DNA of 64,000 bases from Elusimicrobia bacterium RIFOXYD2_FULL_34_15. GTDB lineage: Bacteria > Elusimicrobiota > UBA8919. Location: the NCBI GenBank assembly GCA_001800605.1, contig MGVS01000068.1:14028-78027 (forward strand). Reading direction: 5' to 3'. This document shows positions 1 to 9,658 of the stretch, one piece after another; the stretch's first letter is position 1, and every line of letters starts with the position of its first letter. Below the pieces are notes generated by a model. That model was not told the DNA's origin. It did not search any database and saw nothing but the letters and a program-made list of their open reading frames with translations. The position numbers and the translations under genes were made by a program.

Positions 1-108
1 CTTAAAGAAAAAGAAACAATAACACCGGAAGAAAAGAAAACGATAATTTCAAAAGCAGAATCTATTTCCAAAGATTCTTTGGTATCACCTGTAAGTTTTA
101 AAATATGA
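1..108 (+). CDS. 3' end of an unidentified protein (partial, runs off left edge)
   Basis: Frame +1 open from base 1 (LKEKETITPEEKKTIISKAESISKDSLVSPVSFKI) to TGA at 106-108. Confidence 0.5.
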   Translation, partial: LKEKETITPEEKKTIISKAESISKDSLVSPVSFKI

Positions 109-223
109 TAATTTTTAAAAATTATAAAAAAGTGAAGCTTACTGCTTTGTTCGGTTTTAGACGAGCAATTTAACTTATTTCTGTACCTCAAACAAAAAAT
201 TTTCTTTTAAAGCAAAAAAATGC

Positions 224-252
224 TTGACAATTAATGAATTATTCTTTATAAT
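224..252 (+). promoter_or_regulatory. sigma70-type promoter of the pilMNOPQ operon
   Basis: Perfect TTGACA (224-229) - 17 bp - TATAAT (247-252), only 9 nt before the pilM ATG. Confidence 0.8.
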
Positions 253-261
253 TTTCTCATC

Positions 262-1422
262 ATGCAAACGACAGCGCAATTAAAAGGTATTACTGAAAAA
301 TTTAAAAACGTAAAACTTCCTTTCGGAAAACCAAAAGAAGTTGTTGCAGTTGATATTGGAAGTCATTCAGTTAAAATTGTTCAATTAAAACATACCGGTG
401 AAAAGTGGACGCTTGAAAAATATGCTTCCGCAATAGCCACTAGTCTCGATTCCGCTGAAGTAACACCTCTAGAAAGAAAACAAGTTGCTATTAACGCTAT
501 TAAAAAGTTACTTTCAGAAAATAAAATCTCAGCAAAAGACGCAGTAACTTCTGTCTCCGGTAATTCAGTTATTGTAAGATATGTAAAATTTCCAAAGCTC
601 ACACCGGAACAACTTTCAAAAACAATCCAATTTGAAGCAGAACCATTCATTCCTTTTCCAATTCAAGACGTAAACATCAGTTTCCAGATACTAGGCGACG
701 TAACAGAAGAAGGTTCGCAAAAAATGGAAACCATTTTAGTTGCAGCCAAAAAAGAAATAATACAAAATAAACTTGACATATTAATGGAAGCAGGTTTAAT
801 ACCTGTGGTTGTTGATGTCGATTCATTCGCACTTGAAAATGCAATATCAATAAATGCAACTGAAGAAGAAATAAAACAGGTATATTTAATAATAAATTGC
901 GGTATGTCTACAACAAATATAAGTATTGTTGAAGACGGCACTTCTCGCGTTGTAAGAGACGTGTTCACTGCTTCTTCGAGTTTCACAAAAGCAATTCAGA
1001 GAAATCTACAAGCTGACTGGAAACAATCAGAAGAAAAGAAATTTAAACATGGAATTCTTGTAACTCCTGAACAAAAAGAAGAAGCTCTCGCAAAAGGGAA
1101 TGATGAAGCGTTGCAAATTTCGACAATACTGATATCGGCCGTTAAAGAATTGGTTGCCGAATGCCAAAGATCTATTGATTTTTACCAAACGCAATCTGCT
1201 GCAGAAAAACCTGTAAACAAAATATATCTATGCGGCGGCGGTGCTCTACTTAAAGGTTTGGATAAATACATTGAGTCACAACTGCATTTACCTGTCGAAA
1301 TATTAAATCCTTTTGCAAAATTAACTGATAAAGCCGGCATTCCGGATGAAGAAATAAGGAAATTTTCACAGTATGCTGTTGCAGTAGGCCTGGCAACAAG
1401 AAGAAGAGGGGACGTAAAATAG
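262..1422 (+). CDS. pilM: Type IV pilus assembly protein PilM (actin/FtsA-like)
   Basis: VAVDIGSHSVKIV, EAEPFIPF, VVDVDSFAL, LCGGGA..GL, AVAVGLA motifs; first gene of the MNOPQ order. Confidence 0.93.
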   Translation: MQTTAQLKGITEKFKNVKLPFGKPKEVVAVDIGSHSVKIVQLKHTGEKWTLEKYASAIATSLDSAEVTPLERKQVAINAIKKLLSENKISAKDAVTSVSGNSVIVRYVKFPKLTPEQLSKTIQFEAEPFIPFPIQDVNISFQILGDVTEEGSQKMETILVAAKKEIIQNKLDILMEAGLIPVVVDVDSFALENAISINATEEEIKQVYLIINCGMSTTNISIVEDGTSRVVRDVFTASSSFTKAIQRNLQADWKQSEEKKFKHGILVTPEQKEEALAKGNDEALQISTILISAVKELVAECQRSIDFYQTQSAAEKPVNKIYLCGGGALLKGLDKYIESQLHLPVEILNPFAKLTDKAGIPDEEIRKFSQYAVAVGLATRRRGDVK

Positions 1423-1429
1423 AATAAAT

Positions 1430-1993
1430 ATGACTAAAATAAACCTTATACCTAAGGAATCTATTATAAAAGAAAGCCATCCTGAGATGACTGCTCTTTT
1501 GTTAACTATAATTTCTTTATTAATTTTAGTTCTTGGTTATACATATATAGCCAAACTAACAAAGCGTTCCTCAATCAAAAAAGAAATTGTTGTTGTTGAT
1601 AGTGAATTAGCACAATTACAAACAGTAATAGATCAAATAGCCCGTATAAAAGCACAAAAAGATGCAATTAACGCAAAGAAAACTGCTCTTGAATCTTTGA
1701 ATAAATCACGATTAGTATATCCTATATTTATGGAAGATCTGGTAAAAATATTACCACCTGGAATGTGGCTTTTAAATTTAAATACAAAATCAGTTGAATC
1801 TATTATGCAAATTAATTTTAATGCATCTGCTTATGATAACTATATAATAGCTGATCTGCTTCAAGCTCTAGAAAATTCAAACAAATTTAATAGTCCGGAA
1901 ATTAGCGGAATAACAACTTCAGTTTCAGCTGATAGAGGAATAATAAAACAATTTTCTATAACGGTAAATTACATAAATCAGGAGTGGAAATAA
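1430..1993 (+). CDS. pilN: Type IV pilus assembly protein PilN
   Basis: N-terminal INLIP PilM-binding motif, one TM helix, coiled coil, LPPGMWL; position after pilM. Confidence 0.9.
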   Translation: MTKINLIPKESIIKESHPEMTALLLTIISLLILVLGYTYIAKLTKRSSIKKEIVVVDSELAQLQTVIDQIARIKAQKDAINAKKTALESLNKSRLVYPIFMEDLVKILPPGMWLLNLNTKSVESIMQINFNASAYDNYIIADLLQALENSNKFNSPEISGITTSVSADRGIIKQFSITVNYINQEWK

Positions 1994-1999
1994 TATAAT

Positions 2000-2542
2000 A
2001 TGAAAAAACTAACCAACCAGGAAAAAGGTGCTCTACTAATTATAACTGTTGTTGGTTTATGGGCGTATTGGAAATATCTCTATTCACCAATAACACGTGA
2101 AATTACAGGTTTGCAGAGTGAGTTATCGGAAAAGCAAGCAAAACTTGAGGCAACCCGTCAGGCGGCACAAGAACTAGAAGTTTTACAGGCAGAATTCAAA
2201 ATAATAGAGATAGAAGCAAGAGAAATGGAAAAGAAACTACCAAAATCTAAGGATTTGCCAAAATTAATAAGAGATATAACAAGAGCGATGGAAAGGCATA
2301 GAATTAACGCTCAATCATTCACTCCTTCAAAAGAAATACAAAAAACTTATTTTTCTGAGATCCCAATAACACTAGCTGCAAGTTGTAATTATCATAACCT
2401 TGCTAATTTTATAGCTGATATCGGGCAATTTGAAAGAATAATTAATACATTTGATGTTGTTATGACTCCAAAACAAGCTACAAAAGAATCGCCAGATTCA
2501 TTAACAGTAAATTTTAGGCTTGCAACATACATGGCAAAATAA
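2000..2542 (+). CDS. pilO: Type IV pilus assembly protein PilO
   Basis: TM + coiled coil, LP...LP.LI, EIPI, YHNLANF...I...ERII motifs. Confidence 0.9.
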   Translation: MKKLTNQEKGALLIITVVGLWAYWKYLYSPITREITGLQSELSEKQAKLEATRQAAQELEVLQAEFKIIEIEAREMEKKLPKSKDLPKLIRDITRAMERHRINAQSFTPSKEIQKTYFSEIPITLAASCNYHNLANFIADIGQFERIINTFDVVMTPKQATKESPDSLTVNFRLATYMAK

Positions 2543-2548
2543 AATATT

Positions 2549-3073
2549 ATGAAAATAAATAATAAAATTTGTTTATTACTAAATTTTTTGTTCCTAACTT
2601 CGTTGATAGTTAATTTCGGATGTAGTAAGAAAAAAGCTACGGATGATGCTCAGCAGGTTACTGCTCCCCGTCCAAAACCAAAAATTCCGGAATATGTCCC
2701 ACCGGTTCCTCCACGCAAATATATTTACAAAGGTGCTGCTTATCGTGACCCTTTGTTACCAGGCGGTGGCGGTATGGCTTATTCAGCTTTGGCTGAAAGT
2801 GGCGAAGGTACCGAAACGTTCACAAGTGAAAAATTAGCTACATTGCAATTAAAAGGAATATTTAGAGATAAGAATTCCAGACAAGCAATAGCCATGATAG
2901 GTGATTCTTCCGGTGGATCCTATATGTTAAAGGAAGGAAAACTCTATAATAGAAGAAACAAAATAGTTAATGACGTATCCGGTGTTGTAGGACAAAAATC
3001 AATTACTCTCATTTGTAATGATATTAAAGTTGAATTATCTTTGAAAAAATCTGAGGAGGAAAAAGAAAAATGA
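2549..3073 (+). CDS. pilP: PilP-like lipoprotein
   Basis: Lipobox-like VNFGC, Pro-rich linker, Y...RDPL motif, L.LKGI...AIAMI beta domain; lies between pilO and pilQ. Confidence 0.7.
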   Translation: MKINNKICLLLNFLFLTSLIVNFGCSKKKATDDAQQVTAPRPKPKIPEYVPPVPPRKYIYKGAAYRDPLLPGGGGMAYSALAESGEGTETFTSEKLATLQLKGIFRDKNSRQAIAMIGDSSGGSYMLKEGKLYNRRNKIVNDVSGVVGQKSITLICNDIKVELSLKKSEEEKEK

Positions 3074-4809
3074 AAATTAAATTATCTGAAATCCCTAAAA
3101 AGGTTCGTTTTACCTGTGCAACTTTTTCAATGATGTTTGTACTAATCTCATGCAGTATAGCTTCACAACTAACAGATATAATAACAAAATCGGAACCGAA
3201 TAGTGACTCTATCTCTATCATAGTTTCATCGAAAACAAAATTCAACGTTTATAGAATACAGGAACCCAATAGAATAGTAATTGAACTATCAAGTTGCGAA
3301 TATGTATCAGACAAAAAAGATTTGCAAGTAAATTCGCAATTCATTAAATCAATACGCGGCGGACAATATACAGACGCTCCTGTAAAAAAATCAAGAATAA
3401 TTGTTGATTTAAGTAAACCTGCAAAATATTCTTCAAAAGCAACTGCCACAGAAATAACAATTGATTTAACCGCAAAAGTTACTAATTCGAAAACAGCTAC
3501 ACCAAAAGCTAAAAAGGTTGAAACAGCAAAAACTGATCCAGCTCCTGGAAATACACCAGTGGACGGCCAAAAACCTGCTGCAAAAAAAGTAATCAAAGAG
3601 AAAACATTGCCTATTAAAAAAATAGTGCAAAAACCTATTAAACACGGTGAACTTCCAAAAGATATTGTAACTTTAGATTTTAATAATGCTGATATTAAAG
3701 ATGTATTTCAAATACTTGCAATAAAAACCGGAATGAATATAATTTATAGCGATGATGTTTCTGGAAATTTGACTATTCATCTCGAAAATGTCCCTTTCAA
3801 TGAAGCAATGAATCTTATTCTTCAAATGCAAGGCTTAATACTTCAGCAGGTTGGATCTAATGTAATTCGTATAATGACACCTGCGACTTTAGCCAAAGAA
3901 CGTGCAGATGCCATTCAGGTTTCACAAGTATTCCGTTTAAATTATTCAAAAGCTGTTGATATTAGCGGTAAAATTTCATCTATAATGAGTGCTGAAGGGC
4001 AAAAAGTAAGTTTACAAACTGATGAAAGAACAAATAGTATCATAGTTACCTCAACTCCTGAAGGCATTCAGGCTGCATTATCTTTAATGAACAAATTAGA
4101 TGTTAAACCTGAACAGGTAGTAATTGAAGCAAAAATTGTGGAAATATCAATAGGCGATACAAAAGATATTGGTATCGACTGGTCTTTAACGCGAGATATA
4201 ATGAATAATTCAAATTCAAGAATATCTGAAAATGCTCAGTCGCAAACACCCTCACAATCACAAGTTGGTTCTTTTACATTTGGATATTTGCGTAGTGATA
4301 TAGAACTCACGGCACGTCTTGCTGCAGCACAATCCAAGGGAAGAGCTAAAATATTATCACAACCCAGAATTGCTACTCTTAATAATATGTTGGCAAAAAT
4401 CGTTGTAGGCGGGCAGATACCATATACACAAACAAGTATTGGCTCTGGAGGCGTTTCGACTACGTCAACTGCTTTCATGACAGTTGGAATTCAGCTTGAA
4501 GTTACACCTACAATAAATGTTGATGGAAGAATAACAATGTTAGTAAGACCGAATGTATCCAATGTAACAAGGATTTCCGCTATAGGACCTGAAACAACTA
4601 CCAAAGAAGCAGAAACTACTGTACTAGTCAAAAACGGAGAGACTATAGTAATTGGCGGATTAATAACTAATAATGAAAGAAAAGATGCATCTCAAATACC
4701 ATTACTTGGCGATGTACCAATTTTAGGCCAATTCTTCAAGAGTTATCATGATGATAAACAAAATACTGAACTTATTATATTTGTAACCCCTTACATAATG
4801 AAAGACTAA
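3070..4809 (+). CDS. pilQ: Type IV pilus secretin PilQ with N-terminal AMIN domain
   Basis: AMIN-like PNRIVIEL..IRGGQ..SRIIVDL; LDFNNADI N0 domain; DERTNSIIV; QVVIEAKIVE; IPLLGDVPILGQFF..ELIIFVTP secretin signature. Confidence 0.95.
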   Translation: MKIKLSEIPKKVRFTCATFSMMFVLISCSIASQLTDIITKSEPNSDSISIIVSSKTKFNVYRIQEPNRIVIELSSCEYVSDKKDLQVNSQFIKSIRGGQYTDAPVKKSRIIVDLSKPAKYSSKATATEITIDLTAKVTNSKTATPKAKKVETAKTDPAPGNTPVDGQKPAAKKVIKEKTLPIKKIVQKPIKHGELPKDIVTLDFNNADIKDVFQILAIKTGMNIIYSDDVSGNLTIHLENVPFNEAMNLILQMQGLILQQVGSNVIRIMTPATLAKERADAIQVSQVFRLNYSKAVDISGKISSIMSAEGQKVSLQTDERTNSIIVTSTPEGIQAALSLMNKLDVKPEQVVIEAKIVEISIGDTKDIGIDWSLTRDIMNNSNSRISENAQSQTPSQSQVGSFTFGYLRSDIELTARLAAAQSKGRAKILSQPRIATLNNMLAKIVVGGQIPYTQTSIGSGGVSTTSTAFMTVGIQLEVTPTINVDGRITMLVRPNVSNVTRISAIGPETTTKEAETTVLVKNGETIVIGGLITNNERKDASQIPLLGDVPILGQFFKSYHDDKQNTELIIFVTPYIMKD

Positions 4810-4823
4810 CTTCAGGAGGAAAT

Positions 4824-5708
4824 ATGATAATCAAAAAGGAAATAACTAAAATGAAAAAATTATTGTTAATTGTTGTTTTATCTGTATTTGTTCTTATTCC
4901 TACTTTTACATTTTCTGAAGTTTTTGTTGAACCCTATGTTGGTTATAATTCATTCCAAAAAATCAATGCTCTAAATAATTTGATAGAAAATTATACATTT
5001 TTTGCTAATCCTCCTGCTACATTTTCAATAATTAAAGGCGGATGGGATTTTGGAGCAAAATTAGGAATTGAAATAACAAAACAGAAAAATTTGTTCCTTA
5101 CTGGAAAAATGTCATATCTTGATGCAGAAACAGATATGAGATATTTACAGCAAGTTAATGTTCCTGTAAACCAAGGAACACTGAATTGGTTTTTGGGTTA
5201 TCCTGACAATTTCAAAGTAAGTCTTTTGACAGGGCAAGTAGGTCTTCGGATTACACCTTATCAAACAAAGAAAGCTTCAGTTGGTTTTGATGTATCCGGT
5301 GGTCCTGCATCAGGTGAAGTAACAGTTGATGGAACCGGACTATTTTTCAATGGAACAAGTTCATTTACTTATACATTTGATAGTCCTTATAAAAAAACAT
5401 CAAGCGTATTTGAAGTTTCTGTTATATTTGAACTTAAACCATTTACCGCATCTTATGATAAACCAGATGATTTAACAAGCGGCGAACTATTCCCGGTAAA
5501 GGAAACAACTTTAACGCTAGCCATTGGAAGCAGATTTGCTAATATCGGAGATCTGAAATCTACCAAAAATATAGATTTAAACAGTGATGGAGTAATTGAT
5601 ATTCCTAAAGGTACTACGTTGAAAAATACTCTAATTAATCTTGGTGATCCTTTAAAATTGGATCTATCATCGTTATTTTTTAATGTCGGAGTTAATGTTA
5701 AGTTTTAA
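4824..5708 (+). CDS. Outer-membrane beta-barrel protein (start may be 4851)
   Basis: Signal peptide MKKLLLIVV, amphipathic beta strands, C-terminal FNVGVNVKF BAM signal; AGGAGG SD upstream of 4824. Confidence 0.7.
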   Translation: MIIKKEITKMKKLLLIVVLSVFVLIPTFTFSEVFVEPYVGYNSFQKINALNNLIENYTFFANPPATFSIIKGGWDFGAKLGIEITKQKNLFLTGKMSYLDAETDMRYLQQVNVPVNQGTLNWFLGYPDNFKVSLLTGQVGLRITPYQTKKASVGFDVSGGPASGEVTVDGTGLFFNGTSSFTYTFDSPYKKTSSVFEVSVIFELKPFTASYDKPDDLTSGELFPVKETTLTLAIGSRFANIGDLKSTKNIDLNSDGVIDIPKGTTLKNTLINLGDPLKLDLSSLFFNVGVNVKF

Positions 5709-6319
5709 TGCCTACTAACGAGGAAATCCTTACCTATATAAAACAAGGCGACTCATTTAAACAATCCGATAATTTAACCGCGGCTATATCTGAGTTTCAA
5801 AAAGCATTAAAAATAGCACCTGATAATGTAGAAGTACTCTATAAACTTGGCCAAATTTACGAAATCAAAGGTGACCAGGAAGAAGAATCTGCATTTTATG
5901 TTCTTTCTCAACATGCATATGAAAAAGTAGTCACAAAAGATCCAAATAATGCTGAAGCGCATAATGCACTAATAACTCTCGGGGTCAAGCAAAACCGCAT
6001 TGATGAACTAATTAAATTATACAAGGAAAAACTTACCAAATATCCTGATAATAAGATAATAGCAGATTCAGTAAAAAAGTTAACAACAATATCTTTTGTA
6101 AGTATACCTCCCAGCTCTACAGATAGAGGCGACAGAAGGGGGTGTGCAAAGATTTTTCTTGATTATATTTTTCCTTTTATCGGAATAGTGCCATTGTTAC
6201 TCGGTACTATGATACCTAAAATAAAAATACTGCAGTCTCTAGGAATAATAATTTTACTAACCTACCTATTATATAAGTTTTCCACAGCAAAAAAATCAAG
6301 TAAACGTAAAAAGTGGTAA
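5708..6319 (+). CDS. TPR-repeat protein with C-terminal membrane anchor
   Basis: A...FQKALKIAPDNVEVLYKLG TPR pattern; two C-terminal hydrophobic helices. Confidence 0.75.
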   Translation: MPTNEEILTYIKQGDSFKQSDNLTAAISEFQKALKIAPDNVEVLYKLGQIYEIKGDQEEESAFYVLSQHAYEKVVTKDPNNAEAHNALITLGVKQNRIDELIKLYKEKLTKYPDNKIIADSVKKLTTISFVSIPPSSTDRGDRRGCAKIFLDYIFPFIGIVPLLLGTMIPKIKILQSLGIIILLTYLLYKFSTAKKSSKRKKW

Positions 6320-7779
6320 TTAATCTTTTTTTAACAATTATCCTAACAATCACACCATTATTTAGTGCTTCCTGGAATTTGTGGACACAAATAATAATTC
6401 ATATTTTATTATATCTTTGTCTGTTGCTCCTCATTTTAAAAAAAGAAATATCTATACCTTTTTATAAATATACAACTATACCTCTGCTTATTTTTGTGTT
6501 TTTCTGTTTTATATCTATCTTTACATCAGCTAATATTTATGAATCAAGAAATGGCTTTTTAAATATAATTGATTGTATAATAATTTATTTTCTTGCAAAA
6601 AACTCAGACGAAAAAACAATATTAACATCGATTCTTATTAGTGGTTCTATCTTATCACTCTACGCCATCTATCAAAGAATATTCATTAGTAATTACATTC
6701 CATCTTTAATGGTTAATCCTAACATTTTTGCCGGTTATCTAGTAGGTATTATATGCTTAACATTTAGTCTATTTTTTAAAAACTTGAATAAACAACAATT
6801 TATAAAAAATATATTCTATTTATTATTATTTTTGCTTTTTATAACAGCACTTTTTCTAACAAATTCTATTGCTGCTTGGTTATCAGTTATTTTTGGAATC
6901 TATATATTTTTGTATTTAAATAATATAAAAATTTCTTCTAAATATCGATTAATAATAATTACTGTGTCAATTTCACTGTTGATTTATAAAATCATTGAAA
7001 AGGACTCTTATAATCGAGTTATTTGGTGGCTATCAGCATTCAAAATGATATGGAAAAACCCTCTTTCCGGTGTAGGACTATCTGCATTTGGAGATGCATA
7101 CCAGAAATATAAAATAAGCGGCCTCAATTCAATCTATGCTCATAATTATTACTTGCAAATCGCTGCTGAAATAGGTATATTCGGGTTTTTTTCACTTATT
7201 TATTTTTTTAAAAAAATATTTTCAGAAATTAAAACAAACGATACTATACCATTTTTTATTGCAATTGGTGCGATGTTATTTCACGGGATTTTTGATTATT
7301 CATTAGCTATTCCGGCAAACGCTATTCTTTTTTGGACATTTGCAGGATTTACATCAAAAAATGAAGAAAAATATATTTTTAAAATTAAGGGGAATAAAAG
7401 AACAATTATTAATTGGTTAACTGTTTTCTTAATTTCATTGGGTGTTTATTCTTCGATAAATATTTTTTTAGGCAGCAGAGAAATGGCCCGAGGCAAATAT
7501 TTTCTGGATGAAAAAAACCTTGATATAGCTCAAGAACATATTGAAAAATCCTTAAACTTCGATAAATACAATCCGCAAACCTATCTTTATTTATCGGATA
7601 TATATCAACAGCTTTTTAAAATTACAAAATATCAATCATATTTGTATGAATCAGAAATTGAGCTTGAAAAAGCTTCAAAATTGCAAAAATATAACTCAAA
7701 AGTATATTTTGACACATATCTTAATAATGAAAGAAAAGACCTTAAAACAGCGTTATATGGGCTTAAAAAAGGCTTATGA
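6313..7779 (+). CDS. O-antigen ligase / O-oligosaccharyltransferase-like (Wzy_C) membrane protein with C-terminal TPR
   Basis: NPNIFAGY, LTNS, R..WW......NPLSGVGL..F, AHNYYLQIAAEIGIFG, HGIFDY motifs. Confidence 0.85.
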   Translation: MVINLFLTIILTITPLFSASWNLWTQIIIHILLYLCLLLLILKKEISIPFYKYTTIPLLIFVFFCFISIFTSANIYESRNGFLNIIDCIIIYFLAKNSDEKTILTSILISGSILSLYAIYQRIFISNYIPSLMVNPNIFAGYLVGIICLTFSLFFKNLNKQQFIKNIFYLLLFLLFITALFLTNSIAAWLSVIFGIYIFLYLNNIKISSKYRLIIITVSISLLIYKIIEKDSYNRVIWWLSAFKMIWKNPLSGVGLSAFGDAYQKYKISGLNSIYAHNYYLQIAAEIGIFGFFSLIYFFKKIFSEIKTNDTIPFFIAIGAMLFHGIFDYSLAIPANAILFWTFAGFTSKNEEKYIFKIKGNKRTIINWLTVFLISLGVYSSINIFLGSREMARGKYFLDEKNLDIAQEHIEKSLNFDKYNPQTYLYLSDIYQQLFKITKYQSYLYESEIELEKASKLQKYNSKVYFDTYLNNERKDLKTALYGLKKGL

Positions 7780-7801
7780 ATCATCACCCAAATCTTTATA
7801 C

Positions 7802-7823
7802 CCCATTAGAGATTAGTTTATAA
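7802..7823 (+). repeat. 22-bp direct repeat, copy 1
   Basis: CCCATTAGAGATTAGTTTATAA; 21/22 identical to 9555-9576. Confidence 0.7.
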
Positions 7824-7831
7824 ACTTATCT

Positions 7832-9562
7832 ATGAAATATAAAATAAATATAGAGATAATTAGATATTTGTTGTTATTTATATTAGTATCTGCACCATTT
7901 TTTAACGGTTTAAAAGATCCTGTTCCTCTTTTTGTATTTGAAACATTAGTTTTCATCTTGTCTTTTATTTTTATGTATTTTTTCAAAGTTAAAAAAACAG
8001 CTTTAGATTTACCGATTACTTTATTCTTTACTTTTTTGGCAATTTCCACTTCAACTTCGGTTTACTTTAATGCTTCCCTGAATACTATGTTAATGCTTCT
8101 ATCTTTCGTATTTCTCTTTTATGTAACTATATCAGTCTATGATGATAAATTTAAAAAATATTTTTATTATTGTTTTATATCCGTTTCTTTTATCATTTCA
8201 ATAATAATTATGGTACAGAGTTTTTTATCATATATCCCTAAGGCAACTTTGCCTAATCCAAATTTAGCAGCTGGGTATATTGCATGTGCATCAACAATTA
8301 TATTCTCATATACTATTTCTAATAAAATTTCAATCAAATTTAAAATTCTTAATGTTATTTTTTTTCTATTTCTTTGTTTTTCAATAATATTAACACATTC
8401 ACGTGGTGGCTTTTTTGCTTTAATCTGTGGAATATCATTTAATATTATATTGAAATTTAAAAAATGGGGAATTATATTAACGATTTTTACAGCTTTATTT
8501 ACATTTGTTATTTTACCTGCAAATTTTGTAAAAAATATAGCTAAAATTGATACTGGAGATACTTATTCATTAAAAAGAAGTGAAATTTGGAAATCAGCTA
8601 TAAAAATAATCATTGAAAAACCGTTTTTTGGCACCGGGCCCGGTAATTTTGAACTTTTGTTTTTCAAATATAATTTTCCTGTCGATAATGGAATTTCACG
8701 CTTCGGTAAACATACAAGATTTGCCCATAATGAATTTTTGCAAATTGCTGCTGAAAGCGGTATTTTCTCACTTTTTGCATTTATTTTCGTAATATTTATA
8801 ATATTTAAAAATATGAAAGGCAATCCAGTTTTCACGTCTGCTTTGATCGCAATCATTTCACATTCACTGGTAGACTTTAATCTTCACTTACCTGCAATTA
8901 CTATAATTGCTATATTTCTAACAGCTGATATTCTTTATAAAATAGAATATAACGATAATAACATTAATTCTAAATATTTAAAAATATTTTTGTTAATAAT
9001 CATAGTATTTAATTCAATAAATTTCTTTTTTAAACCTTTTGACTCTGTAAAATACAAGAAAACTGCAGATAAACTTATCGATAGATATCCTGAAAAAAGT
9101 CTCGAACTTTATAAAAAAGTAATTGAATTTTCACCTGACGATTTTGAATACAGAAGAATAATCGGTGAATTGTTTTATTCCAATAATAATAAATTACAAG
9201 CAATTGAGAACTTAAACATATCTATAAAACTTAATCCAAACAGTCCGTTTGCCATAACTTCACTTGCAAATATTTATTTTAATTTAAAAGAGTTTAACAA
9301 AGCCGAACCTTATTTTTTGAGAGCTTTGGAAATTGAACCCAACTATCTTCTTCCAAGATATTTTCTGGCAAAAATAGATGAAAGAAGGGGCAAAATTGAT
9401 TCTGCTACAAACGAATATAAAAATATAATTCTGACATATAATTATTTCAAAAATAATTATATGTCATTTTCAGGTTATGAGAAATTGCTGTTTTATATTG
9501 ATATTTCTTCTGTAAATAATTCTTTAAAATCAATTTCAGAATCTAAAGGCAAAACCCGTTAG
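7832..9562 (+). CDS. Second O-antigen ligase / oligosaccharyltransferase-like protein with TPRs
   Basis: NPNLAAGY, THSRGG, R.EIW......KPFFGTGPGNF, AHNEFLQIAAESGI, HSLVDFNL; C-terminal TPRs. Confidence 0.88.
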   Translation: MKYKINIEIIRYLLLFILVSAPFFNGLKDPVPLFVFETLVFILSFIFMYFFKVKKTALDLPITLFFTFLAISTSTSVYFNASLNTMLMLLSFVFLFYVTISVYDDKFKKYFYYCFISVSFIISIIIMVQSFLSYIPKATLPNPNLAAGYIACASTIIFSYTISNKISIKFKILNVIFFLFLCFSIILTHSRGGFFALICGISFNIILKFKKWGIILTIFTALFTFVILPANFVKNIAKIDTGDTYSLKRSEIWKSAIKIIIEKPFFGTGPGNFELLFFKYNFPVDNGISRFGKHTRFAHNEFLQIAAESGIFSLFAFIFVIFIIFKNMKGNPVFTSALIAIISHSLVDFNLHLPAITIIAIFLTADILYKIEYNDNNINSKYLKIFLLIIIVFNSINFFFKPFDSVKYKKTADKLIDRYPEKSLELYKKVIEFSPDDFEYRRIIGELFYSNNNKLQAIENLNISIKLNPNSPFAITSLANIYFNLKEFNKAEPYFLRALEIEPNYLLPRYFLAKIDERRGKIDSATNEYKNIILTYNYFKNNYMSFSGYEKLLFYIDISSVNNSLKSISESKGKTR

Positions 9563-9576
9563 AGATTAGTTTATAA
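9555..9576 (+). repeat. 22-bp direct repeat, copy 2
   Basis: CCCGTTAGAGATTAGTTTATAA, overlapping the stop codon of 7832..9562. Confidence 0.7.
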
Positions 9577-9609
9577 TATGAATACAGATATTTTTTAGTA
9601 TCACTGAAG

Positions 9610-9638
9610 CCGTAGGAAATGCTTCCTATCTCCTACGG
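9610..9638. repeat. REP-like hairpin
   Basis: CCGTAGGA-N13-TCCTACGG inverted repeat in an AT-rich spacer; no U-tract. Confidence 0.55.
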
Positions 9639-9658
9639 GGTATATTCAAAAAGTACTT

